From the NCBI RefSeq assembly GCF_006345805.1, contig NW_021829934.1:1-34851 (forward strand): 34,851 nucleotides of DNA. The letters are read 5' to 3'. Below are positions 21,568 through 31,803 of this stretch, piece after piece (the first letter of the stretch is position 1; each line of letters opens with the position of its first letter). The notes below the pieces were generated by a model. That model ran no database searches. It saw only the letters and a program-made list of their open reading frames with translations, and was not told the origin of the DNA. The stretch is from Octopus sinensis (Eukaryota). A program made the translations under genes and the position numbers.

Positions 21568-21963
21568 CTAGCAGTATCGCCTGGCGTTGCTCGGATTTGT
21601 AAGGGAAATAACTATATAAGCATTTTTAGAGAGTTATAGCCAAAAGATAGCAAAAAATGCATTAAAACTGGAAAAAAAATGATGGTAAATTTTTTTTTAA
21701 ATCGTTGACTCATCGTAGACATTTTTAGAGAGTTACTGCCCTTATATAATAGCGAAAAAATGCATTAAAATGGAAAAAATGATGGTAAATTATTTTTAAA
21801 ATCGTAGACCCATCGTAGACACGCGCTAATACCCAGAAGGGCTCGATATAAATCACGACTATAAGATACCCGGTTTTGGTTAAACTGCACCGCAAAATGT
21901 GGGAGTAGTTAGGAATCTAAATCGTAGGAGACAGACACACAACTTCTCTTTTATATATAAAGA
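21568..21963 (-). mobile_element. Non-autonomous Helitron-like element with an internal ~100-bp tandem duplication
   Basis: Minus strand starts A|TCTTTATATATAAAAG and ends CCGAGCAACGCCAGGCGATACTGCTAG|T: TC...CTAG inserted in an AT site, decayed subterminal hairpin, no TSD. Confidence 0.7.
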
Positions 21964-22002
21964 TGTCTACAAAGACACACATTTATCATTAACAGTTTGT
22001 TA

Positions 22003-22205
22003 AGGCAGCAAAGCTGGCAGAAACGTTAGCATGCCGAAGAAAATGCTTAGCAGCATTTCGTCCGTCTTTATGTTCTAAGTTCAAATGATACCGAGGTCTA
22101 CTTTGCCTTTCGGCGTTGATGAAATAAGTACCAGTTGACCACCGAGGGTCGATATATAATCGACTGTCCCCTCTCCAGACCTTCTACCTGTAGTAGAAAG
22201 GATTC
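22003..22205 (+). mobile_element. SINE family D copy (partly inside the inverted duplication with 29341-29914)
   Basis: AAGGCAGCAAAGCTGGCAGAAACGTTAGC head and central domain. Confidence 0.8.
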
Positions 22206-22670
22206 ACAATCTTTTGTCATATTCTGACAATAAAAATTTATTTGTTTATTGAATATAATTTATTGAATATAATATTTTATCCAGTTTACACAATAAAACG
22301 AATACTACCTGTGAATTAATAATTTAAATATCGATAAACTTATAATAGATTATCGATTGGTTAATTTATAATACTTTATATAATATAGATAACAGTCTAT
22401 GATATTCTATTGAGTAAAATCACTGCTTTGACAATATTCCGTATAATTTGATGAGTTAAATATTTAAATCCAGTCACTTAGGTCACTTATGGCTTTCATC
22501 AGTTCGGGGTCGATAAATAAATTAGAATTCCAGAGTGGTGCATTGGTAGAATAATTAATGCGTCGAATGAAACATTTTGTGGAATGTTTTCTGGTTCTGT
22601 GGGTTCTGTGTTCGAATTCAATCTCCGGTCACCGAAATATAATAAAAATATAGATATTATTAATAATAAT

Positions 22671-22875
22671 GATTTCAAATTTTGCCACAAGGGCAGCTTG
22701 GGGAAGGTGATTAAGTCAATTACATCGACCCCAGTGCTCGACTGGTATTTATTTTATCGACACCGAAAGGATGAAAGGGAAAAGTCGAAGTCGTCGGAAT
22801 CTGAAATCTGGACATAAAGGCGGACGAAATGCCGCAAACCATCTATCCCGGAGTGCTAACGATTCTGTCGGGCAT
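22671..22875 (-). mobile_element. SINE family D copy, diverged
   Basis: TTTTATCGACACCGAAAGGATGAAAGGGAAAAGTCGA. Confidence 0.75.
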
Positions 22876-23051
22876 AGGCGAGGAGGACATCACAAATCCA
22901 GACAACAAATTGAGTGGGAATTTACATAAAGGATGGGGGCAGAGAAATGGAAAGGTCAGTGAAATTGCGATAAAAGTATAAATATTAAACAAAAAATATG
23001 ATAACATGAATGATGCGGTCCTGATACAGAAGAAGCTCAAGGTATTCCTCA

Positions 23052-23282
23052 AAGGCAGCGAGCTGGCAGAAACGTTGCACGTCGGGCGAAATGCTTAGCG
23101 GTATTTCGCCTGCCGTTACGTTCTGAGTTCAAATTCCGCCGAGGTCGACTTTGCCTTTCATCCTTTCGGGGTCGATTAAATAAGTACCAGTTACGCACAG
23201 GGGTCGATATAATGGACCCAATCCGTTTGTCTGTCCTTGTTTGTTCCCCCTGTGTTTAACCCCTTGTGGGTAGTAAAGAAAT
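23052..23282 (+). mobile_element. SINE family D, full length, with 12-bp TSD
   Basis: TSD AGGTATTCCTCA at 23040-23051 and 23283-23294. Confidence 0.9.
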
Positions 23283-23491
23283 AGGTATTCCTCAGCTCCA
23301 GGGTTACCCTGATCAGCAAAGGTACGATTCCTCTCGTCTGCTCTTTAGTTTACAGGTGCTTACTTATAGAAGGGCCATTTGCATTAACAGTTTTTGCCTC
23401 AGTCACCTATCTTTTCACAGATTCGCTGGGAGAATTCCCTCTACACCCTCACTTTCCTTTCCAAGCAAATATATGGAAAAGAAAAGAAACA

Positions 23492-24224
23492 GGTTCCAGC
23501 GAGTCTCAAACTCACGACCTTCTGCGTGTGAAGCAGACATGGGTTGATAAATTATGTACCAGTTGAATACTGGGGTAATCGACACATTATAGAACAGTCC
23601 ATTGTTATATTACATGGAAAAATGCGAGCAAGAGAAATAATATTCATAAGATTATAAACCTGGTAAAGTACAGGACAAGAAAATTTTTACTTAAAATATT
23701 GCAGCTAAGGATAACATTTGAATATTAAATTATTTGATTTTAATTTACAAAGTAACATTGTCATTAAAAAAGGTACCATCATTTTGTTAAAATATTGACA
23801 CACTAGAATACTTAATAAATGAAAGCCAGAAGTACCATAGCTAAAGTTATATGCAAAGTAGAATAGTGCATATGGTAGGCAAATTCATTATGTAAAAAAT
23901 AGGCATTGGGTCAAGACTAAAAATGTGAAGACTTGGCAATAACTTAGGCAATAGCTCAAGCAAATTTTACAGTGAATTTGTTGTGGGTTGATTTTACTGT
24001 AATCTATAAGTAATTTTTGTATTATTCTATTTATTGTACTAACTATGTTCTACTATTATTTTTTATAACCTATGTTCAAATTTCTAATTATTAATTAATA
24101 ATTTAAAAAAAATGAATTTTTTAAAGGACAAAAAATATTCTAATTGAGTTATTTTAAATTTTTGATAGAAGTAAAAAGTAATAACAAATAGAAGCACATG
24201 TGATAACCACTACACCATGGAACC
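23492..24224 (-). pseudogene. tRNA-Val(CAC) split by a ~650-bp insertion
   Basis: tRNA positions 27-72 at 23492-23537 and positions 1-34 at 24191-24224; positions 27-34 duplicated (GAAGCAGA/GAAGCACA). Confidence 0.8.
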
Positions 24225-24272
24225 ATAACGACAGCCATTTGCATATATTGTTTTATCATAATAAAACTGTAT

Positions 24273-24662
24273 GTGTGGAAGCACTCCGTCGGTTACGACG
24301 ATGAGGGTTCCGGTTGATCCGAATCAACGGAACAGCCTGCTCGTGAAATTAACGTGTAAGTGGCTGAGCACTCCACAGACACGTGCACCCTTAACGTAGT
24401 TCTCGGGGATATTCGGCGTGACACAGAGAGTGACAAGGCCGGCCCTTTGAAATACAGGTACAACAGAAACAGGAAGTAAGAGTGAGAGAAAGTTGTGGTG
24501 AAAGAGTACAGCAGGGATCACCACCATACCCTGCCGGAGCCTCGTGGAGCTTTTCAGGTGTTTTCGCTCAATAAACACTCACAACGCCCGGTCTGGGAAT
24601 CGAAACCGCGATCCTATGACCGCGAGTCCGCTGCCCTAACCACTGGGCCATTGCGCCTCCAC
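24273..24662 (-). mobile_element. SINE family B long form (~390 bp; probably octopus OK/OR-type), with 13-bp TSD
   Basis: Head GGAGGCGCAATGGCCCAGTGG...GGTTTCGATTCC (A/B boxes); TSD AATAAAACTGTAT at 24260-24272 and 24663-24675; sister copy at 31804-32186. Confidence 0.9.
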
Positions 24663-24849
24663 AATAAAACTGTATATCAATGGAAATTGATATTGGTGTA
24701 CCTTTGGAAAGACAGTGAAGTATCCAAAATGGTCCAGGAATTTGAATCTTGCTCGAAAGCACTTTTCTATTAATTTATACCGAGGTTCATACCATAATGA
24801 TCAATTCAAGTGGGAATGAGATCGATCTTCTCAATAAATACTGATAGTC

Positions 24850-25216
24850 GCAGGAGTGGCTGTGTGGTAAGTAGCTTGCTTACCAACCACATGGTTCCGG
24901 GTTCAGTCCCACTGCGTGGCACCTTGGGCAAGTGTCTTCTACTATAGCCTTCGGGCCGACCAAAGCCTTGTGAGTGGATTTGGTAGACGGAAACTGAAAG
25001 AAGCCCGTCGTATATATGTATATATATGTGTGTGTGTTTGTGTGTCTGTGTTTGTCCCCCAACATCACTTGACAACCGGCAAAAGAGACCGATAGAATAA
25101 GTACTAGGCTTACAAAGAATAAGTCCTGGGGGTCGATTTCCTCGACTAAAGGCGGTGTTCCAGCATGGCCGCAGTCAAATGACTGAAACAAGTAAAAGAG
25201 TAAACGAGTAAAGAGT
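24850..25216 (+). mobile_element. SINE family A copy with internal deletion
   Basis: Matches 7083-7483 minus the GATGCTGG...GCGGTT segment. Confidence 0.9.
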
Positions 25217-25578
25217 ATCTCTCAATATTTATCTTTGACATTGACACACAGACAGATATTTCTAAAGAGAATCTACTGGATAAACTCTAGCCACAATATA
25301 TTACTGGTATATATTTTAACGTCGCTAGAAGAAGAGAAAGATGTTCGATAGCTGACCAATAAAACTGGTCATTATTTTATAGACCACTGGGAAGCATGGG
25401 AGGTAGAGGGAGCTCCGGCAGAATTGGAAATCCAAACTACAAAAAAAAAGTGACTAAATTCTACTTTTTATTAATGTAGCATTTCTGATAATTCGCAATT
25501 TTTTTAAAGGTAGATCAACATTAAACTATGTACAAGACATAGATCGTAAGAAAAATATTTGTTAGAACGGCAGCATTT

Positions 25579-25650
25579 GGTTCCATGGTGTTGAGCATGT
25601 CACGTCTGCTTTACACGCAGAAGGTCCAGTGCTCGAAAGTCTCTGGAACC
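25579..25650 (+). pseudogene. tRNA-Val(TAC) pseudogene, D- and T-arms mutated
   Basis: GGTTCCATGGTGTTGAGCATGTCACGTCTGCTTTACACGCAGAAGGTCCAGTGCTCGAAAGTCTCTGGAACC; acceptor and anticodon stems intact, boxes damaged. Confidence 0.85.
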
Positions 25651-26191
25651 TACCTTTCTTCTTTTTTACCTTTAATCTGGGATCCTAATTTTACGAGGGT
25701 GGGCATCGTCATATATTTACTTCATGATATTTACTGCAGTTATTGGTGGTAATACTCCCTGTGTATTTGTCCATTGCTGTGGGTGTAGATTTTACGGCCA
25801 AATACTGTTTTATCATATATAAATGATAAATGATATACAAATTTTCTGGGTGCCGGTTGTTTGAGAAATCCGGTTATTTGAATACCGGATGAGAGGGAGT
25901 TTATTGTACATGTATTTCCTGAGCAACTGCAAGGAACGGGTTCGAATCGCAGAACAGGCCTCTGACGTAATACAAAATGCAGACTACAAACCTTATCCAA
26001 TTCCATTAAACTGTCATTCTATCATCATTAAATTCTTGCAATCTCAGCAATCTGACAGGATTCTTTAGAAAGAAATAAACATGGAGAGGAAACGAAATCC
26101 CTCATCGTTTTTCTTATATTCAAATGTCTAGCGATTGATTTATTTGACAAGATTTCTGCTTCTAGAATTTCTGTGGCGTTTTTTTTATGTA

Positions 26192-26406
26192 ATTCAAACC
26201 GGCCACATTTGACCCAAATATTCTACCTGTTTTATGTCCAAACTGGTCAGACCAGGCCTCTCACACGTACCCTACAATGTCATTCTGAAAATAGACAGTC
26301 ACATTGTCGAAATCTTGAAGCTAAAGGATGATGCATGGTCAATTCAAATCAATGTGGATAAATAAGCATGATATTTGACAAAGCAATCAGAATTCTGAAG
26401 GGTAAA
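26192..26406 (+). mobile_element. piggyBac-like MITE copy, 5' end decayed
   Basis: Aligns to 16097-16560 without the SINE. Confidence 0.65.
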
Positions 26407-26556
26407 AAGAAAAAAATAAACAAACAAACAACAAAAGAAAGCTATTCTGAAGAGAGACACAATGTTTACCTGGGTCCATTATAGTGAGTGTTATTTAAAT
26501 ATCTAGAGATATATCATGTAGAGCTATATATATATATATGTATGTATGTATATATA

Positions 26557-26610
<54 letters not shown>

Positions 26611-26612
<2 letters not shown>

Positions 26613-27761
26613 CGGGAAGCTTTATGAAATAAACAAAAGACGAAGGCAGGTGGAAAACAAACGAACAATTGTATTAGTATGGCGCTCAGGAAATATAAAT
26701 AAAACAAGTCTTTAACGTTTCGAGCCTACGCTCTTCAACTGAAAGATACACAGAGAGAGAAAAACACAGAAAGAAGGAGAGAAAAAAAATGCGTGCAGTA
26801 GCTAACGAATCAACATGGCGATCTGATTTCGGCCAGAGGTCAAAGATCAAACATGAGACGCGAAAGCGAAATAAGGGGAGATAATAGGGTTGATAAAAGG
26901 GTTGAGGGACCAGCTAAAAGTGCGTGGGAGGGGTCTGGATGTGTGTATGTATAGGGTTGGTGTATGTATTAGTATGTATAAGGGTGTGTGTGTGTGTGTG
27001 TGTATGAGAGAGTATTAGTGCGTAAGATTGGTCTGGACGTGCGTATGTATGGGGTTGGTGTATGTATTAGTATGTATTAGTACGTATTGGTATGTATAGG
27101 TGTGTGTGTGTGTGTGTGAGAGAGTATAAGTGCGTATGCGGAGTCTGGACGTGTGTATGTATAGGGTTGGTGTAAGTATTAGTATGTACTAGTATGTATT
27201 AGTACGTATTAGTATGTATTAGTTGGTGTGTGTATTAGTATGGCACATCATATGTGATGTGATTGTAAAGTCATGTGGTGTAGTGAGGAGAAGAGGGGGA
27301 AGGGGGAGAAGAGGGGGAGGGGGAGAAGAGGGGGAGGGGGAGAGAAGGGGAGGGGAAGAAGAGGGGGAGGAGAAGGGGGGAGAGGAGAGGATGGGGGAGA
27401 AGGAAGGGGATGAGGGGGATGAAGGAGGAAAGAGGGAGAGGGGGAGAGAGAAGGGGAGAGAGGGAGTGAGGGAGCAGAGGGAAGGGGAAGAGGGAGGGAG
27501 AAAGAGGGAAGGGGAGTAGGGGTGAAAGGATGAAGGACTGAAGAAGTAGGGGTCGGGGGGAGAAAGGATAGGTGAGGAGGGGGGTGAGGTTAGATGAGGA
27601 GGGGGGAGAGTTGAGACCAAATGGCGTATAAGAGCGAAGAGAGAAGATTAATTCCTGTTCACGGCGCAAACGGGAATCCGGATGGCCTCTGTGTAAGGAC
27701 AAACCGAACACAGATAGGTGTTGCAAGGAGTGACCGGTGGAGCGGAAATGGCGTGAGACCG

Positions 27762-27765
<4 letters not shown>
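26611..27765 (-). mobile_element. 5'-truncated Penelope-like element: GIY-YIG C-terminus, pyrimidine-rich/CA-repeat 3' region, hammerhead-like motif
   Basis: Minus translation SPVSRHFRSTGHSLQHLSVFGL...RLRREQELIFSLRSYTPFGLN matches the Penelope endonuclease end (PVARHF..GH...REQ..I..L.T..P.GLN); bounded by (TA)n on both sides. Confidence 0.85.
26707..26746 (-). ncRNA. Minimal type-I hammerhead-ribozyme-like motif in the Penelope 3' repeat
   Basis: TCTTT CAG TTGAAGA G CGTAGGCT C GAAAC GTT AAAGA; core imperfect (U3, extra nt before the core). Confidence 0.4.
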
Positions 27766-27792
<27 letters not shown>

Positions 27793-27800
<8 letters not shown>

Positions 27801-28100
27801 ATCACGTGACCGACCAGACAATCAGATGTGATGCTACACATCGCTGGTCACAATGCGTTCGCATTGTTTTAGCCTTCAAATGACGCCACCCCGCTGGCTA
27901 AGCGAGCAGGCCAACAGAAGAAAGAGTGAGAGAAAGTTGTGGCGAAAGAGTACAGCAGGGATTACCACCCCCTGCCGGAGCATCGTGGAGCTTTAGGTGT
28001 TTTTGCTCAATAAACACTCACAACGCCCGGTCTAGGAATCGAAACCGCGATCCTACGATCGCGAGTCCGCTGCCCTAACACTGGGCCATTGCGCCTCCAC
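27793..28100 (-). mobile_element. SINE family B short form (~300 bp)
   Basis: Same head as 24273-24662, different 3' half ending GGTCACGTGATCACGTGAT. Confidence 0.88.
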
Positions 28101-28126
28101 ACACACACACACACACACGCACACAC

Positions 28127-28182
<56 letters not shown>

Positions 28183-28477
28183 GTGGAGGCGCAATGGCCT
28201 AGTGGTTAGGGCAGCGGACTCGCGGTTTCGATTCCTAGACCGGGCGTTGTGAGTGTTTATTGAGCAAAAACACCTAAAGCTCCACGATGCTCCGGCAGGG
28301 GGTGGTGATCCCTGTTGTACTCTTTCGCCACAACTTTCTCTCACTCTTTCTTCTGTTGGACTGCTCGCTTAGCCAGCGGGGTGGCGTCATTTGAAGGCTA
28401 AAACAATGCGAACGCATTGTGACCAGCGATTTGTAACTACATCTGATAGCCTGGTCGGTCACGGTGATCACGGCGAT
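28183..28477 (+). mobile_element. SINE family B short form, inverted partner of 27793-28100, with a ~14-bp head deletion
   Basis: Reverse-complement match over the whole length. Confidence 0.88.
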
Positions 28478-28709
28478 ATATATATATATTAAATAATTGA
28501 TAGGGAAGACAGTGTATTGTAATCGGTTTATAAGCTTAATTCCTTACGTAGGACTAAAATGCAGCACTACGGATGACGCCTGGTAACCGTATGTGGTGAA
28601 CGTGCTCTCAAGGCACACTACTAGCAACTTACCCAAAAGAAAGTTTGGATACTACATTTTAAAGCCTCTTTTATAAACTTCAATTTTAAACATAAGATAT
28701 ATATATAAG

Positions 28710-28757
<48 letters not shown>

Positions 28758-28759
<2 letters not shown>

Positions 28760-28978
28760 TCTTACTCTCTTTACTCTTTTACTTGTTTCAGTCATTTGAC
28801 TGCGGCCATGCTGGAGCACCACCTTTCATCGAGCAACTCGACCCCGGACTTATTCTTTGTAAGCCCAGTACTTATTCTATCGGTCTCTTTTTGCCGAACC
28901 GCTAAGTGATGGGGACATAAACACACCAGCATCGGTTGTCAAGCAATGCTAGGGGGAGAAACACAGACACACAAACAT

Positions 28979-29010
<32 letters not shown>

Positions 29011-29189
29011 GTATATATATACATATATACGACGGGTTTCTTTCAGTTTCCGTCTACCAAATCCACTCACAAGGCTTTGGTCGGCCCGAAGCTATAGTAG
29101 AAGACACTTGCCCAAGGTGCCACGCAGTGGGACTGAACCCGGAACCATGTGGTTGGTTAGCAAGCTACTTACCACACAGCCACTGCTGC
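28758..29189 (-). mobile_element. SINE family A copy
   Basis: Full-length reverse match; shares its 5' junction with the 7083 copy. Confidence 0.9.
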
Positions 29190-30392
29190 GCGTATATAAT
29201 AGAAATATTATTTCTAAATCTACTACAGCAGCAGTACTGGGTATTAATAGTTATCACCAAGCTAACATGGCAGTCCAGAAAAAATAGGACGGCATCATTC
29301 GTCCTATTTTTCTGAACTGCCATGTTAATAATAATAATTATTATTATATTTCGGTGACCGGAGATTGAATTCGAACACAGAACCCACAGAACTAGAAAAC
29401 ATTCCACAAAATGTTTCATTCGACGCGTTAATTATTCCACCAATGCACCACTCTGGAATTCTAATTTATTTATCGACCCCGAACTGATGAAAGCCATAAG
29501 TGACCTAAGTGACTGGATTTAAATATTTAACTCATCAAATTATACGGAATATTGTCAAAGCAGTGATTTTACTCAATAGAATATCATAGACTGTTATCTA
29601 TATTATATAAAGTATTATAAATTAATTAATCGATAATCTATTATAAATATATCGATATTTAAATTATTAATTCGCAGGTAGTATTCGTTTTATTGTGTAA
29701 ACTGAATAAAATATTATATTCAATAAATTATATTCAATAAACAAATACATTTTTATTGACAGAATATGACAAAAGATTGTGAATCTTTTCTAGTACAGGT
29801 AGAAGGTCTGGAGAGGGGACAGTCGATTATATATCGACTTCCGGTGGTCAACTGGTACTTATTTCATCAACGCCGAAAGGCAAAGTAGACCTCGGTATCA
29901 TTTGAACTCAGAACGTTACTCTAACACTTTGTACTAAGGCGGCGAGGTGGTAGGGATGTTCGCACAGCGAGAAAAGTGCTCAGCATCTTTAAGTTCTGAG
30001 TTCAAACGCCTTTCATTCTTTCGGGATCGATCAAATACCAGGTGAACACTGGAGTCATTGTAATCAACTTACACCCCCACCCACACCCCGAAATTCCTGA
30101 CCCTTTGCCAAAATCTGGAACCAATAATCATTTCTATTTTCTGCCGTTGCTGCTACAGCTGATGAAGCTGCGATTGCTAGTCTTACATCCTTCTCTTCAG
30201 TTGAAATCCGGCCGAGGGTTGGGATCAGTCACTAAGAATTCGTTCCATATCTCAAATGAGGAACGTGTCTTCTCTAAGACTGCGATACAAAAGATGAAAT
30301 CGCACAAGTGGGAACAGCAGCATTGCAACCAGCGGTGGCAGCGACGACCACGACATCGACAGGATCAACACAAATAACAATAGTAAAATAAA

Positions 30393-30732
30393 AGGGTAAA
30401 GACTCCCTTCGGTCATGAATGACCATGGGATTGCACCTTGAAAGTTACCCTCCTAGACACAAGTCCGGGCAAAGTTGTTTATGGAAGACCAGCAGTCGCC
30501 CATGCATACCAGCCTTCTCTCTCCACGCCACCAGTGTTATCCAAGGGAAAGACAAAGGTCGATACAGCTTGGCACCAGTGATGTCGCAACTCATTTCTAC
30601 AGCTGAGTGAACTGGAGCAACGTGAAATAAAGTGCCTTGCTCAAGAACACAACACGCAGCCCGGTCCGGGATTCGAGCTCACAACCTCACGATCGTAAGC
30701 TCGATGCTCTAACCACTGAGCCATGCGCCTTC
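30393..30732 (-). mobile_element. SINE family C copy
   Basis: Close match to 7858-8209. Confidence 0.9.
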
Positions 30733-30940
30733 TTAGTTTGTTCTAATAGTAAAATAGAACAAACTAAATATATCAGTGTCTGCCGCCATAAAATCATAAT
30801 GGCCGCCGACCGAAAGCTTAACAGTTTGTTAACTGCCGAGAGCTTTGAACTCTGAGATGCTGCGTAGAAATGAAATGAGCCAACAACTACACAATTGAAC
30901 CAGGCAGCGTTCTGATGTCTTACAATAAAAAAATAAATAA

Positions 30941-31586
30941 ATGCGCCCTTTTTAAAGCCTAGCCAGGTTCATAGGCCCGGTTTTCCGGTTTCAATGGCGT
31001 ATGTGTTCCCCAGCTGGACGGTACGCCAGTCCATCGCAGCGTTACTCATTTTGGATCTTTTCGGTTTGAACGGCAGTTTTTAACATAATTTCTATGTAAC
31101 TAAAAAATTTTGAACTTCGTATACTGGTAGAATGTGTTTATAAAACATCTTTTTCTCTTGGCTTTATTGAGAATATTCTATAGTTTGTAAGATATTCGTT
31201 GTTTCTTTTTCTTCAATTTCTGCAATTTCAACCAATCAGTGATGTCTATTGAGGTAAAAAGCATTCTTTGCCGTATGAATATGTCCCCTCGTTTAAGAAA
31301 CAGATTGGCTTTATTTACATTTGTAAATAACCCTAACCTTAAAAGAGATTGAAATGCAATAGATCGATACTAGGGTCATAATTATGGGTGACAATTTCAT
31401 ATGACACCGCTAGAATAAACTGCCGTTCAAACCGAAAAGATCCCTCATTTTTGCCAGCTGAGTGGACTGGAGCAACGTGAAATGTGTTTTGCTCAAGAAC
31501 ACAACGCGTCGCCCGGTCCAGGAATCGAAACCACAATCTTACGATCATGGTGCTGACACCTTAACCACTAAGCCACGCGCCTCCAC
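30941..31586 (-). mobile_element. SINE related to family C (V-SINE-like), interrupted by a MITE
   Basis: Head GGAGGCGCGTGGCTTAGTGG...GGTTTCGATTCC, then GTTGTGTTCTTGAGCAA, continuing past the MITE into CCAGCTGGACGGTACGCCAGTCCATCGCAG. Confidence 0.75.
31053..31443. mobile_element. 391-bp MITE with 27-bp perfect TIRs and 8-bp TSD
   Basis: TIR GGATCTTTTCGGTTTGAACGGCAGTTT; TSD CTCATTTT at 31045-31052 and 31444-31451. Confidence 0.92.
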
Positions 31587-31803
31587 GATGTTTTACAATA
31601 CAGAGCAATATTTCCTGTAGCATTTCGATGTTGATTTAACATTTGAAAAAAGGGGCATAGAAATATCAGACATGTTCAATTAGCAAAAAAGTGCTTAATT
31701 ATATTTATTTATAGTCATGGTTTCGAAAGCTGCTGGAGCTCACTTTACCTGGCAGGATTTTCAGGGTCTGCAAAAATAATTCCCAGTTCTGTTGGTCAAC
31801 ACT

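Noticed and set aside
23538-24190. Insert as a tRNA intron
   Set aside because: Not at 37/38, far too long, flanked by duplicated tRNA sequence and containing many T runs that would terminate Pol III
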